64,000 nt of DNA from Bacteroidota bacterium (GCA_004322215.1 SCSM01000011.1:450697-514696); one strand, 5' to 3'. Shown: positions 8,705-19,785, numbered from the stretch's first letter. The notes: generated by a model not told the origin, from the letters alone. Translations and numbers: made by a program.

Positions 8705-11677
8705 ATGGCAGGTGGTAAAGGAATAAAATTATTCAGAATTGCAACTGAGATAAATATCGGTAAAGATGCGATTGTAGAATTTCTGCAATCAAAGGGCTTT
8801 TCTATTGAAAATAAACCCACTGCCACTTTGTCCGAGGAAATGATTGAAATTGTTCATGACAAATTCAAAAAAGAAATTCTTGTTGCCGAAAAGCAAAGAG
8901 AAAAAATAGAGAAGCATAAACAGATTCGTAAATCTTCAGTTGAATCAGTTTCAAAACCTGTCGAATCTGCAAAAACAAAGGAAGCTCAAAAACCAAGTGC
9001 TAAAGAAAAAGAACCTGAAATTCCAACAAAGCAAATTGAGGTGAAAACCGAGCCGGAAATAACAAAGTCGAAGCTGGAGAAAGATAAGACCCAGGTTACC
9101 GAAAAAATAGGTATTCCTGAAACAAAAAAACTTCATATCATTGATAAAATTGACCTCGATGCAATAAGCTCAAAAGATAAGAAAAAACCATCTAAGAAGA
9201 AGCCGTCAAAAGAAGATTTCAAAGAAAAACCAATAAAAGAAGAAAAAGTTGAAGGAAAACCGGAAGAAAAAGTCAAGAAACCTGTTGTTAAAGAAAAAAT
9301 AGTTGAGATTCCATCCGATAAGAAAAAACTTGAAGATATTAAAGAAGAAAAAGTAGAAATCGTTCCTGTCGAACCTGTTAAAGAGGTTCAGGAAGTTCTC
9401 GATTTTAAGAAAGAGAAAATACCTGGAGAAGCACAGCCGGAAGGTGAGAAACCAAGAGGAAAAAAGAAAAGAAGGAAGAAAAGAATAGCCCAGGTTCAAA
9501 TTGAGCCGGGAGTTGCTCCCAAACTTCGTGGCTTAACTATTGTCGGAAAAATTGAACTTAATAAAGAACAACTCGAAGAAATTAAAGGAAGAAAAGAAAA
9601 AAGAGGAAAAAGGTTTGAGGATGAAGAGGAAGAAATTGAACTTTTAGGAAAAGGAAAATTCCTCAAATCGAAAAAGAAGATAAAAAGCCGCCTGAAAGAC
9701 AGGGTTGTTGAAAAAGTAAGGACGGTCGATAAGAAAAAGAAAAGAAAAATTTCTGTAAGAGATTTAATCTCTGATGACGATATTGATAAAGCGATAAAGC
9801 AGACACTTGCCGGAATGGAGGAATCATCGTCGGTCAGTCAGCGATCCAAGATGAGGTCAAAGAGAAGAGCTGTAAGGGAAGCCGAAGAATTAAGACGCAG
9901 TGAAGAGAAAGAACTCGAAGCAAGAAAAATCCAGTTGAGTGAATTCGTTACGACAAATGACCTTGCAAATCTGATGGGTGCCAATCCAAGCGAAATTATT
10001 ATGAAGTGCATGGAATTAGGTCTGATGGTTAGTATAAATCAGCGGCTCGATAAAGATACTATTACAATAATTGCCGATGATTATGATTACACTGTCGAAT
10101 TTCTCGATGAAAAAGCCATGCAAATAATGCAGGATTTCGATGAGGAAGATAAGCCGGAGGATTTATCTCCGCGTTCACCTATCGTTACCGTAATGGGACA
10201 TGTTGACCATGGTAAAACTTCATTACTCGACTTCATAAGGAGTACCAATGTCGTTGCCGGGGAAGCAGGTGGTATCACACAACACATTGGTGCTTACCGT
10301 GTAGCTATGCATGACGGTAAATATATTACATTTCTCGATACACCCGGACATGAAGCATTTACTGCAATGAGAGCAAGGGGTGCACAGGTTACCGATATTG
10401 TTGTCCTGGTAATTGCTGCTGACGATAGCGTCATGCCTCAGACTGTAGAAGCGATAAGCCATGCTCAAGCGGCTAATGTTAAGATTATAGTTGCAATTAA
10501 CAAAATTGATAAGCCGGATTCTAATCCTGAAAGAATAAAACAACAGCTTACCGATTATAATATATTAGTAGAAGAATGGGGTGGAAATCACCAAAGTGTT
10601 GAAATTTCTGCAAAAACCGGAAAAAATGTCGAGCTTTTATTGGAAAAGATTTTACTGGAAGCCGAACTTCTCGAGTTAAAATCAAATTATGACAGGAAAG
10701 CCCGTTGTGCAGTTATTGAAGCAAATATGGACAGAGGATTCGGTACAGTAGCTACCGTAGTTGTACAAAAAGGCAGGTTAAGAATCGGCGATGCATTTGT
10801 TGCAGGAGTTAGTTCAGGAAGAGTCAGGGCAATGTTCGATGAACGAAGCCGGAAAGTTGATGAAGCCGGTCCTTCGATGCCTGTGAGAGTAATAGGATTT
10901 GACGGAGTTCCGGAAGCCGGTGATATATTAGCTGTTGTTGATACCGATATTGAAGCAAGAGCAATTGCAAATGACAGGCATCAATTAAAGAGAGAACAAT
11001 CACTAAGACAGGTACACCACATTACACTCGATGAAATTTCAAATGAAATAAAATTAGGCGGTATCAAAGATTTACATTTGATTATTAAGGGCGATGTCGG
11101 TGGTTCTGTCGAAGCGCTTAGCGATTCTTTACAAAGATTATCGCATGAGGAAGTAAGAATCAGCATATTACACAAAGGAGTCGGTTCTATTACAGAATCG
11201 GATGTAATGCTCGCAGTTGCATCGAATGCAGTAATAATAGGATTCCAGGTCTCTCCTACCGCTAAAGCAAGAAAATTAGCTGAAAAAGAAGGAATAGACA
11301 TCAGATTATACAGCATTATTTACGATGCTATTGACGAAGTAAAATTGGCACTCGAAGGTATGCTTAATCCCGAATTAAGAGAGGAAATAAGTGCTACAGT
11401 CGAAATTAGAAAAGTTTTCAAAATCAGCAAGCTTGGACAAATTGCTGGATGTTATGTTCAGGAAGGAAAAATCAGCCGTAACGACAGGGTTCGTCTTTTG
11501 AGAGATGGATTACCAGTCTATAATGGAACTATTCATTCTTTGAAAAGAAATAAAGATGATGTTAAGGAAGTTGAATCCGGATATGAATGCGGAATTATTT
11601 TGGATGGATTCCAGGACTTTGAAGAAGGCGATTCAATACAAGCATACAAACTTTTGGAAATAAAAAGAACACTTTAA
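8705..11677 (+). CDS. infB: Translation initiation factor IF-2
   Basis: [31 protein letters not shown]; long Lys/Glu-rich N-terminus. Confidence 0.99.
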   Translation: MAGGKGIKLFRIATEINIGKDAIVEFLQSKGFSIENKPTATLSEEMIEIVHDKFKKEILVAEKQREKIEKHKQIRKSSVESVSKPVESAKTKEAQKPSAKEKEPEIPTKQIEVKTEPEITKSKLEKDKTQVTEKIGIPETKKLHIIDKIDLDAISSKDKKKPSKKKPSKEDFKEKPIKEEKVEGKPEEKVKKPVVKEKIVEIPSDKKKLEDIKEEKVEIVPVEPVKEVQEVLDFKKEKIPGEAQPEGEKPRGKKKRRKKRIAQVQIEPGVAPKLRGLTIVGKIELNKEQLEEIKGRKEKRGKRFEDEEEEIELLGKGKFLKSKKKIKSRLKDRVVEKVRTVDKKKKRKISVRDLISDDDIDKAIKQTLAGMEESSSVSQRSKMRSKRRAVREAEELRRSEEKELEARKIQLSEFVTTNDLANLMGANPSEIIMKCMELGLMVSINQRLDKDTITIIADDYDYTVEFLDEKAMQIMQDFDEEDKPEDLSPRSPIVTVMGHVDHGKTSLLDFIRSTNVVAGEAGGITQHIGAYRVAMHDGKYITFLDTPGHEAFTAMRARGAQVTDIVVLVIAADDSVMPQTVEAISHAQAANVKIIVAINKIDKPDSNPERIKQQLTDYNILVEEWGGNHQSVEISAKTGKNVELLLEKILLEAELLELKSNYDRKARCAVIEANMDRGFGTVATVVVQKGRLRIGDAFVAGVSSGRVRAMFDERSRKVDEAGPSMPVRVIGFDGVPEAGDILAVVDTDIEARAIANDRHQLKREQSLRQVHHITLDEISNEIKLGGIKDLHLIIKGDVGGSVEALSDSLQRLSHEEVRISILHKGVGSITESDVMLAVASNAVIIGFQVSPTAKARKLAEKEGIDIRLYSIIYDAIDEVKLALEGMLNPELREEISATVEIRKVFKISKLGQIAGCYVQEGKISRNDRVRLLRDGLPVYNGTIHSLKRNKDDVKEVESGYECGIILDGFQDFEEGDSIQAYKLLEIKRTL

Positions 11678-11728
11678 TAGATTATAATTTTTTTTGTTGA
11701 AATATTGTAGAAAAGTGAATAAATTAAT

Positions 11729-12130
11729 ATGTCTGTCAGAGCAGAAAAAGTAGGAAGTGTAATTAAAAGAGCAATTGCAGAACCAGTAGCAAGACTTGCT
11801 GCTGAACATTCAGCGGGATTCGTTTCCGTCACTTCGGTAAAATTAACATCGGATTTACAAATCGCCAAGGTCTATCTGAATGTTTTTGGCGGGAAATTGA
11901 CACCGGCACAATTTCTTCCTATTATTGACGATAAAAGAGGAATGTTGAGAAAACTTATTGGTTCCAAAGTTCGGCTTAGATTCACTCCTGAACTCAGGTT
12001 TTATATCGATGATACTTACGAACAAATGCAGCATATCCAGACATTACTCGATTCGGTTCATCAGGATTCAAAAGAAACAAAAGTTAATCTGGATGATTAT
12101 AAAATCGAACTTAAAGATTATAATATTTAA
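11729..12130 (+). CDS. rbfA: 30S ribosome-binding factor RbfA
   Basis: VTSVKLTSDLQIAKVY, LRFTPELRFYID; follows infB. Confidence 0.95.
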   Translation: MSVRAEKVGSVIKRAIAEPVARLAAEHSAGFVSVTSVKLTSDLQIAKVYLNVFGGKLTPAQFLPIIDDKRGMLRKLIGSKVRLRFTPELRFYIDDTYEQMQHIQTLLDSVHQDSKETKVNLDDYKIELKDYNI

Positions 12131-12203
12131 ATATTTTAATTTTTTCCGTTACAATTAAAGCCGATACTTTGATTACCGGTATATTATTATTTATCTGATT
12201 ATT

Positions 12204-12974
12204 ATGTATTTTCTTACCCGTAATTCAATTGAAAAATGTTCCGAGTGGCTGTCTGAAGCTGTTACTTCAGGAGCTGCAGTACTAATTGATAAGGATAAAA
12301 ACTGGACTTCATTCGATGTTATTGCCAAGCTTAGGCGATTAACCGGTATCAGGAAAATCGGACATACCGGCACACTTGACCCACTTGCTACAGGATTATT
12401 GATTGTTTGTGCAGGTAAGGCAACTAAAGAAATAGATAAATTCAAATATGACTTCAAAACCTATCAGGCAACAATTAAAATCGGTGTAACAACAAAATCT
12501 TACGATGGAGAAACCGAAGAAATAATTTTGGGAAGTGATAATTGGGAATCGGTAAATAGTTCACCGGGAGGAACATTCACCAAAATTGAAGATTTATCTG
12601 ATGAAATAATAACAAAAATAATTTTATCTTTTAAAGGATTCTCAGCTCAGGAACCCCCTCTTTATTCGGCAAAGAAAATAAAAGGTGTTCCTGCTTATAA
12701 ATTAGCAAGAAAAGATAAACAAATAAAACTGGAACCAAAACAAATAGAAATCAGTGAAATTCAAATAAAAAGTATTGAAATTCCGTTTATATCCTTCAAA
12801 ATTGTATGTTCTGCTGGAACATATATCAGAGCATTGGCAAGAGATATCGGGATAAAATTAGGTTGCGGTGCCTATTTATATGAATTAAGAAGAACAGCAA
12901 TTGGGAATTATCAGCTTGAAGATGCTCTTACAATTGATGAGTTAAAATATAAATTTGAGGATTTAAGGAAATAA
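12204..12974 (+). CDS. truB: tRNA pseudouridine-55 synthase
   Basis: KIGHTGTLDPLATGLL, PPLYSAKK, CSAGTYIRALARDIG, LRRTAIG. Confidence 0.97.
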   Translation: MYFLTRNSIEKCSEWLSEAVTSGAAVLIDKDKNWTSFDVIAKLRRLTGIRKIGHTGTLDPLATGLLIVCAGKATKEIDKFKYDFKTYQATIKIGVTTKSYDGETEEIILGSDNWESVNSSPGGTFTKIEDLSDEIITKIILSFKGFSAQEPPLYSAKKIKGVPAYKLARKDKQIKLEPKQIEISEIQIKSIEIPFISFKIVCSAGTYIRALARDIGIKLGCGAYLYELRRTAIGNYQLEDALTIDELKYKFEDLRK

Positions 12975-12977
12975 TTA

Positions 12978-13919
12978 ATGATAAAAGTTTACAGGAATTT
13001 CAATGAATTGGATTTTGATAAGGGTACTGTATTAACGGTCGGCACCTTCGATGGTGTACATAAAGGGCACCAGGTAATACTTAAGAAGTTGCTGGAAATC
13101 GGTAAAGCTGAATCATTAATACCGGTAGTACTTACTATTGACCCGCATCCGCAAATTGTTCTGAAAAAAGAAGGTAAAAACCCTGTAATGCTTTTAACAA
13201 CTATTGAAGAAAGAATTTTATTATTTGAAAAATTCGGTATAGAAAACCTATTTATAATTCCTTTTACCTATGAATTTTCTCAGACTCCGCCTGATGCTTT
13301 CATAAAAGAATATCTTGTTGATAAATTTTTAATGAAAAAAATTCTAATCGGATATGACCACATGTTTGGCAGAAACAGGGAAGGAAATAAGGATTTATTA
13401 AATCAGTTAAGTTCCACCCTGAATTTTGGTGTTGATAAAATTGATGCTTTAATCGAAAATGATACTACTGTTTCAAGCACAAAAATCAGGACTGCACTGA
13501 TTAATAAAGAATTAGAATCTGCAAACAAAATGCTGGGTTATGATTACATAATAAACGGAATAGTTGATAAAGGAGAAGGCAGAGGCAGAACTCTCGGATT
13601 TCCAACTGCAAATGTCAGGATTGACAATATAAACAAACAATTCCCTGGTGTCGGGGTTTATTTGGTTTCATCCGAAATAAACGGCAGAAAATATTACGGA
13701 ATGGCTAATCTCGGAACAAGGCCTACATTCTCAAACAACAACAGGATTTTTCTCGAAGTCTATTATTTCGACCTCGATTTAGATTTATATGATAAAAAAA
13801 TATCAGTATCTTTTTTGAAATTCATACGCGATGAAAAGAAGTTCACAACGGTTGGTGAATTGATAAATCAAATAAAAAATGATGAGTTATATTGTCGGGA
13901 TTTGATAAAAAGATTTTAA
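12978..13919 (+). CDS. ribF: Bifunctional riboflavin kinase/FAD synthetase
   Basis: GTFDGVHKGHQ, VSSTKIR, GRTLGFPTAN, IRDEKKF. Confidence 0.97.
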   Translation: MIKVYRNFNELDFDKGTVLTVGTFDGVHKGHQVILKKLLEIGKAESLIPVVLTIDPHPQIVLKKEGKNPVMLLTTIEERILLFEKFGIENLFIIPFTYEFSQTPPDAFIKEYLVDKFLMKKILIGYDHMFGRNREGNKDLLNQLSSTLNFGVDKIDALIENDTTVSSTKIRTALINKELESANKMLGYDYIINGIVDKGEGRGRTLGFPTANVRIDNINKQFPGVGVYLVSSEINGRKYYGMANLGTRPTFSNNNRIFLEVYYFDLDLDLYDKKISVSFLKFIRDEKKFTTVGELINQIKNDELYCRDLIKRF

Positions 13920-13971
13920 AATTAGAAGTATTTTTCGTAATTTTGAAGTCTTGAAAAATTGGAGTTAATAA

Positions 13972-14238
13972 ATGATAACAAAAGAACATAAGACAGAATT
14001 AATAAACAAGTTTGGTGTCAAAGTCGCAGATACAGGAAGGTCTGAAGTTCAGGTAGCTTTACTTACAGCCCGGATCAATGACTTAACTCATCATCTTGAC
14101 GGTCATAAAAAAGACAATTCAAGCCGCCGGGGTTTAATAAAGCTTGTTAGCAAAAGAAGAAAATTATTGGATTATTTAGCAAAAAAAGATATTAACAGGT
14201 ACAGGGACGTTCTGAAATCATTAGCTTTAAGAAAATAA
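13972..14238 (+). CDS. rpsO: 30S ribosomal protein S15
   Basis: DTGRSEVQVALLT, HKKDNSSRRGL; own TAATTTTG element at 13938-13945 and GGAG SD. Confidence 0.98.
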   Translation: MITKEHKTELINKFGVKVADTGRSEVQVALLTARINDLTHHLDGHKKDNSSRRGLIKLVSKRRKLLDYLAKKDINRYRDVLKSLALRK

Positions 14239-14240
14239 AA

Positions 14241-14290
14241 GAACAGGCGGATTAATTCCGCCTTCTGAGTTCGTGAACCACCACCTGTTT
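14241..14290 (+). promoter_or_regulatory. Structured rpsO-pnp intergenic RNA element
   Basis: GGCGGA-TTAAT-TCCGCC hairpin, and an alternative pairing AACAGGCGG/CCACCTGTT. Confidence 0.45.
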
Positions 14291-14348
14291 AAATCTCATC
14301 GGATTTGCTTATCATTAGAATTTTAATTAATTATTTAGAAGTTATATT

Positions 14349-16592
14349 ATGTCAAAAGAAGTAGCAAGTATAGAATTTGCCGGAAAAACTTATTCTTTAG
14401 AAACCGGAAGAATGGCAAAGTTTGCCAATGGCTCTGTTATGGTTAGATGCGGCGACACTATGGTGTTAGTTACAGTTGTAGCCGAAAGTGAAGCCAATCC
14501 TGATATGGATTATATGCCTTTACAGGTCGAATACCGTGAAAAAGCCGCTGCCGCAGGTAAATTCCCCGGAGGTTTTCTTAAACGTGAAACAAGACCAAGC
14601 GACCATGAAGTAATATGTTCGAGGTTAATTGACCGTCCGATTAGGCCTATGTTCCCAAAAACCTGGAGATTCGAAACACAGGTAATAGCAAATGTTGTTT
14701 CTTTTGATACGGAGGTTGACTCAGATACATTGGGTGCGGTCGGAGCTTCTGCAGCTCTTATGATTTCAGATATTCCGTTTAACGGACCGGTTTCCGAAGT
14801 CAGAGTCGGCAGAGTTGACGGTGAATTCATTATCAATCCTTCATTTGCACAACTTGAACAATCGAATATTGACATGACTATTGCTGGGACAGATACATCA
14901 ATCGTAATGGTTGAAGGCGAATGTCATGAAATTTCAGAAGATGATTTTCTTAAATCACTTGAATTTGCGCATGAAAAAATAAGACAATTAAATGATTTAC
15001 AGAGACAACTTGCATCAAAATTGAATATTGTTAAAAGAGAATTTGTTGATAAAGAAATTCCCGATGAATTAACTCAATCAGTAAAAGATGTCGTAAAAGA
15101 AGAACTTATTAAATATGTTCATACAATAACAACCAAGAATGAAAGAAGTGAATGGAGAAAAAAACTCAAAGATTTAGCTATTGAAAAATTAACGGAAAAT
15201 TTTTCTGAAAAAGAAGAATATAAAGATGTTGATTTAAGTTTATATGCCGAAGAAATTCTTTCAAAACTTGAAAAACAGGAAATGAGAAAGATGATTCTCG
15301 ATGAAGGCAAGCGTCTTGACGGAAGAACAACAACTGACATTCGTCCAATCACATGCGAAATAGGTATTTTACCACGAGTTCATGGTTCATCGCTATTCAC
15401 AAGAGGAGAAACTCAGAGTCTCGGAATGGTTACACTCGGAACAAAAAAAGACGAGCAGATGATTGACGGTTTGCTTCCAACTTATACAAACAGGTTTATG
15501 CTTCATTACAATTTCCCGCCCTTCTGCACCGGAGAAACCGGCAGAATGGGAACTGGTAGAAGGGAAATAGGACACGGGCATTTAGCGGAAAGAGCATTGA
15601 AACTCATGCTCCCGGAACAAAACGAATTTCCTTATGCAATCAGAATTATTTCAGAAATTCTTGAATCGAATGGTTCATCTTCGATGGCAACAGTGTGTTC
15701 GGGCAGTCTTTCATTATTCGATGCAGGAGTACCGATGAAAAAAGCAGTAGCAGGAATTGCCATGGGTTTGATTAAGGAAGAAGATAAAGTTGCAATATTA
15801 AGCGATATTCTTGGCGATGAAGATTTCCTCGGTGATATGGATTTCAAAGTAACCGGAACAGCAGATGGAATTACTGCGTGTCAAATGGACATAAAAATAG
15901 AAGGTTTACCACTCGAAATAATGGCACGCGCACTTGAACAGGCAAAACAAGGACGTCTTCATATACTTTCAAAAATGAATGAATTGATTTCAGAGCCAAG
16001 ACCCGAATTATCACCTTATGCACCGAGATTTACTACAATTCAGATTCCAACTGAAACAATCGGCGCTGTTATTGGTACAGGTGGTGAGACAATAAGAAAT
16101 ATAGTCAAAGAAACAGGAGCGGAAATCAATATCGAAGATGACGGAACAGTAACTATTGCAGCCACTTCAGGTGAATCAAGCGACAGTGCAAGAAAAATGA
16201 TTGAAAGCATTATCAAAAAGCCAGAAGAAGGTGAAACTTATAATGGTACAGTAATGGAAATCCGTGAAGGCATGGGTGCATTTATTGAATTCATACCCAA
16301 AAAGCAGGGATTATTACATATATCACAAATCGCACACGAAAGAACGACAAACATTGCTGATGTCTTAAAAGTCGGTGAAAAAATCGAAGTAAAACTACTC
16401 GAAATCACACCCGATGGAAAATTCAGGTTAAGCCGCAAAGCATTACTTCCAAGGCCCGAAGGAATGCCAGAGGAAGAAGACGATTACAAACGTCGTGAGC
16501 CATCACATGGCAGACGGCCTGGTGGTAACCGTCGTGATGACCATCGTGGCGGCGACAGAGACGACCGCAGAGGACCCAGAAGAAGATACTGA
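14349..16592 (+). CDS. pnp: Polyribonucleotide nucleotidyltransferase (PNPase)
   Basis: RLIDRPIRP, FTRGETQ, RREIGHG, ESNGSSSMA, GDMDFKV; KH and S1 domains; Arg/Gly/Asp-rich tail. Confidence 0.99.
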   Translation: MSKEVASIEFAGKTYSLETGRMAKFANGSVMVRCGDTMVLVTVVAESEANPDMDYMPLQVEYREKAAAAGKFPGGFLKRETRPSDHEVICSRLIDRPIRPMFPKTWRFETQVIANVVSFDTEVDSDTLGAVGASAALMISDIPFNGPVSEVRVGRVDGEFIINPSFAQLEQSNIDMTIAGTDTSIVMVEGECHEISEDDFLKSLEFAHEKIRQLNDLQRQLASKLNIVKREFVDKEIPDELTQSVKDVVKEELIKYVHTITTKNERSEWRKKLKDLAIEKLTENFSEKEEYKDVDLSLYAEEILSKLEKQEMRKMILDEGKRLDGRTTTDIRPITCEIGILPRVHGSSLFTRGETQSLGMVTLGTKKDEQMIDGLLPTYTNRFMLHYNFPPFCTGETGRMGTGRREIGHGHLAERALKLMLPEQNEFPYAIRIISEILESNGSSSMATVCSGSLSLFDAGVPMKKAVAGIAMGLIKEEDKVAILSDILGDEDFLGDMDFKVTGTADGITACQMDIKIEGLPLEIMARALEQAKQGRLHILSKMNELISEPRPELSPYAPRFTTIQIPTETIGAVIGTGGETIRNIVKETGAEINIEDDGTVTIAATSGESSDSARKMIESIIKKPEEGETYNGTVMEIREGMGAFIEFIPKKQGLLHISQIAHERTTNIADVLKVGEKIEVKLLEITPDGKFRLSRKALLPRPEGMPEEEDDYKRREPSHGRRPGGNRRDDHRGGDRDDRRGPRRRY

Positions 16593-16617
16593 CATTTTAT
16601 AAAAATCTAATCTTGAA

Positions 16618-16658
16618 TCATATCATCAATGATATGACATCGAACTTTATTATTTTTG
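16618..16658 (+). promoter_or_regulatory. 9-bp inverted repeat plus -7 element upstream of the DNA methyltransferase
   Basis: TCATATCAT-CA-ATGATATGA (16618-16637) followed by TATTTTTG (16651-16658). Confidence 0.45.
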
Positions 16659-16701
16659 CAGATGAAATAAATCTTTAGATAATTATTTTAATAAAGGCAT
16701 A

Positions 16702-17580
16702 ATGTCTAATTATAAGATATATGAAGGGAATTGTTTGGATATTCTTTCCATTTTAAAGGAAAAGATTGACCTTACATTTCTTGACCCTCCATTCAATCAA
16801 AATAAAGAGTACAAATTCCATGATGATAATTTATCAGAAAATGATTACTGGATAATGATGAGTGAAGTTTGTAAGAAAGTTTTTACACTTACTTCAAAAG
16901 GTGGGGCAATATATTTTATGCAAAGAGAAAAAAACACTGAACAAGTTCTACACTGCCTGAGAGATACCGGCTGGACACTGCAAAATCTTATAATATGGAA
17001 AAAGAAAACTTCCGCTGTGCCTTCATTGAATAAATTCGGTAAACATTATCAAATAATTGCTTTCGCAACAAAAGGAGAGAAACCGAGATTATTTAATAAA
17101 CTTAGAATTTCACCCCCACTTCCACCTAATTATAAAAACGGATATGAAAATGGTATCTTTGTTACTGATGTTTGGGATGATATTCGTGAATTAACTTCAG
17201 GATATTTTGCCGGTGACGAAGCAATCAGGAATAATGATGGTGAACGTTATCACAAACAGCAATCACCAGTTTCATTATTATTGAGGATTATTTTATCATC
17301 ATCAAAAATTGGGGATACAATACTTGACCCGTTTGCAGGGACAGGTACTGCTTTATTAGTAGCAAATCAATTACAAAGGCAATCCATAGGAATAGAAATA
17401 GACCCTGAAAATGTTAAGTGTATTAAAACAAGAATCAGCAAGTTTAGAGAATCGGATAATATTAACAAGTATTATAAAGAATATATTAATACTGAAAATC
17501 TCAGTGAATTGTGGGATGTTGGAAAACAGGTAGATATTAGGAGTAATAAACAAAAAATAAAAACTTTGTTTGAAAATTAA
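16702..17580 (+). CDS. Site-specific DNA amino-methyltransferase (N6A/N4C), beta class
   Basis: Catalytic DPPF near the N-terminus, IIWKK, DVWDDI, C-terminal SAM motif LDPFAGTGT and GIEID. Confidence 0.92.
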   Translation: MSNYKIYEGNCLDILSILKEKIDLTFLDPPFNQNKEYKFHDDNLSENDYWIMMSEVCKKVFTLTSKGGAIYFMQREKNTEQVLHCLRDTGWTLQNLIIWKKKTSAVPSLNKFGKHYQIIAFATKGEKPRLFNKLRISPPLPPNYKNGYENGIFVTDVWDDIRELTSGYFAGDEAIRNNDGERYHKQQSPVSLLLRIILSSSKIGDTILDPFAGTGTALLVANQLQRQSIGIEIDPENVKCIKTRISKFRESDNINKYYKEYINTENLSELWDVGKQVDIRSNKQKIKTLFEN

Positions 17581-17582
17581 TT

Positions 17583-18413
17583 ATGTATTCAATTTATCAT
17601 TTCTTCAAATCAATAGTAACAAATAAAGAACAATTTCTAAAAGTAAAAAAACTGGATGAATTTCAATATAATGAAACAATGCTTTCATGTAAAAGTATTG
17701 GAGTTTTCCCCGATATGGCTATTAAACTTAATAAAGATAAAAGTATTTTTTCAGGTGGTGAGCTTATAGAATTAAAAGATAGTGTTACTTATTCAGTATC
17801 TTCTTTCAATTCAACAATACCTTCTAAAACAAAACAAATTTCAAAAATAATATCAAGCACGAACAGTAGTATTTATAAACAAATGGAAAATGCAGGAAAT
17901 GAAGTATTCTCACTTCCTGAAAGAGAGGTATATTATCTTGTCAGAGGAAGAAAATCAGGGCAAACAAAAATTTGTCTTATAAGTGGTGCATTTTTCGAAA
18001 CAATTAATATTGAAAAATTAATAAATGAATCTTTCATGCAGGTACTGGATGAAAGTATTAAAAATTCAAATGCTATAATTACTCCTGAAGTTAAAACCTT
18101 TCTTCACAATCTTTTTTCTGAACAAGAAAATTTCAGCAAAGTAAGGAATGTCGAAAAAGCATCTGTGAAATTAAGATTCAGAATAATGACTGAAGTTAAA
18201 TCAGAAGGAAATATTTTGAACTCCAAAATGTATCCCGAAATAATTGATAACTCATTAAATTTAATAATTCAATGCGATTCAAATCAACAGGAAATAAATA
18301 TTTTGAAAAAATTTAATTTAGTATTCAATAAAAAAGAATTAAATCAATTTAAAATCTTTAAATTAAAGCATCATTTAAACGGATTCTTTCTTGTATTTCA
18401 ACTTCCTCTCTAA
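17583..18413 (+). CDS. Putative type II restriction endonuclease (PD-(D/E)xK)
   Basis: Starts 2 bp after the MTase stop; FPD...ELIELK motif followed by FNST; very AT-rich. Confidence 0.6.
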   Translation: MYSIYHFFKSIVTNKEQFLKVKKLDEFQYNETMLSCKSIGVFPDMAIKLNKDKSIFSGGELIELKDSVTYSVSSFNSTIPSKTKQISKIISSTNSSIYKQMENAGNEVFSLPEREVYYLVRGRKSGQTKICLISGAFFETINIEKLINESFMQVLDESIKNSNAIITPEVKTFLHNLFSEQENFSKVRNVEKASVKLRFRIMTEVKSEGNILNSKMYPEIIDNSLNLIIQCDSNQQEINILKKFNLVFNKKELNQFKIFKLKHHLNGFFLVFQLPL

Positions 18414-18416
18414 TCT

Positions 18417-19784
18417 TCATTCCACAATTTTTTTAAACTTCCCATAATTCCTGATATTTTCAAGATATTTGTCCGTCTTTGCTCTCTGTTTATATTGAGG
18501 AGCTATTTCGAGAGATTTCTCCAATGATAATAATGCCTTCGATTTATTTTTCTGTAATGAATAAATACATGCTCTGACATAATAAGCTCCTGCATCGTTT
18601 GATTTAAGCTCCAAAACTTTGTCAAAACATTTGAGTGATTCATTGTATTTATCCGCTTTGAAATATCCTATTGCGAAATTATACCAGGCACTCTTATTTT
18701 TTGGGTTCAGCTCAGTTGCTTTCTTATAATTATACATTGCATCATCATTCTTACCGATTGCAAGGTATAATGTTCCAAGGTTATTCCACGCATTGTCATT
18801 TAATGGATTAAGTGAAATTGCTTTTTGATATGCTTCAATGGCTTCTTTACTCTTTTTCATACTTAAAAATGTATTGCCGAGGTTATACCAGGTTCTGTCA
18901 TTATTGGGATTTATTTCCCTGGCTTTAAGAAAACTCTTAATTGCTTCTTCAGTTTCGCCTTTACTCGATAATGAAACACCCTTATTGTTCCAGTTGTTCT
19001 CACTTTTGGGATTTATCGCCAATGCCTTTTCCTGTGCAACAAGTGCATCATCGAACCTGCCGAGATTAGATAGCAAATTACCCATACCGTTCCATGCAAG
19101 CTCATACTTCGGATTATACTCAACTGCTTTATAATAGCATGTAAGTGCATCGTCGTACTTTTTCAGAATTGTAAAAAGCAGTCCTTTGTTATAATATGCA
19201 AAAACGAATTTTGGATTTATTGATAATGCTTTGTCGAATGCCTCCATAGCCAAATCATATTCTCCGATGGCTGATAAATCAATGCCTTTATTTGACCACG
19301 CACTATCATAATCAGGATAAATTTTGATTGCTTCATTGAATGACTGAATTGCCTCCTGATGTTTCCCCATATTTGAAAGTATAGTTCCACGGCTATAAAA
19401 TGCTTTATAATTATTTGGATTCAATTTGATTGCTTCATTATATGATTGAATTGATTCCCCGAGTTTCCCAAGCTTACTTTCAATATTCGCTTTATTACAC
19501 CAGTTCATAGGAAGATTAGGCCTGATTTCGACTGCTTTTTTAAATGCTTCTAATGATTCATCAAATCTATTCATGGTAGCAAGCAGAATACCTTTATTAT
19601 TCCATGCACCCATATTGTTCGGGTCTTTGCTAATTATCTCATTCAGTTTGTTTAGCATCTCTGTTTTACCTTCTTGAGTTGGAGGTATTACTAATTGTTC
19701 CCCGGGTTTGTTGGTCTCCTGCTGGCATGAAGTAATTAATAGAACAACATATAATATCGCAATAAAGATTTTAAAATACTTCAT
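18417..19784 (-). CDS. TPR-repeat lipoprotein
   Basis: Lipobox LLITSC, then about 11 tandem 34-aa TPRs (AWNNKG.../NP). Start placed at the ATG at 19784. Confidence 0.9.
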   Translation of the reverse strand: MKYFKIFIAILYVVLLITSCQQETNKPGEQLVIPPTQEGKTEMLNKLNEIISKDPNNMGAWNNKGILLATMNRFDESLEAFKKAVEIRPNLPMNWCNKANIESKLGKLGESIQSYNEAIKLNPNNYKAFYSRGTILSNMGKHQEAIQSFNEAIKIYPDYDSAWSNKGIDLSAIGEYDLAMEAFDKALSINPKFVFAYYNKGLLFTILKKYDDALTCYYKAVEYNPKYELAWNGMGNLLSNLGRFDDALVAQEKALAINPKSENNWNNKGVSLSSKGETEEAIKSFLKAREINPNNDRTWYNLGNTFLSMKKSKEAIEAYQKAISLNPLNDNAWNNLGTLYLAIGKNDDAMYNYKKATELNPKNKSAWYNFAIGYFKADKYNESLKCFDKVLELKSNDAGAYYVRACIYSLQKNKSKALLSLEKSLEIAPQYKQRAKTDKYLENIRNYGKFKKIVE

Positions 19785-19785
19785 A

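Noticed and set aside
13920..13971. S15 autoregulatory leader RNA upstream of rpsO
   Set aside because: The -7 element at 13938 would leave only a very short leader, and no convincing structure is visible.
18417..19784. 102-bp periodicity as a DNA repeat array
   Set aside because: Explained by tandem TPR protein repeats; nucleotide identity between units is low.
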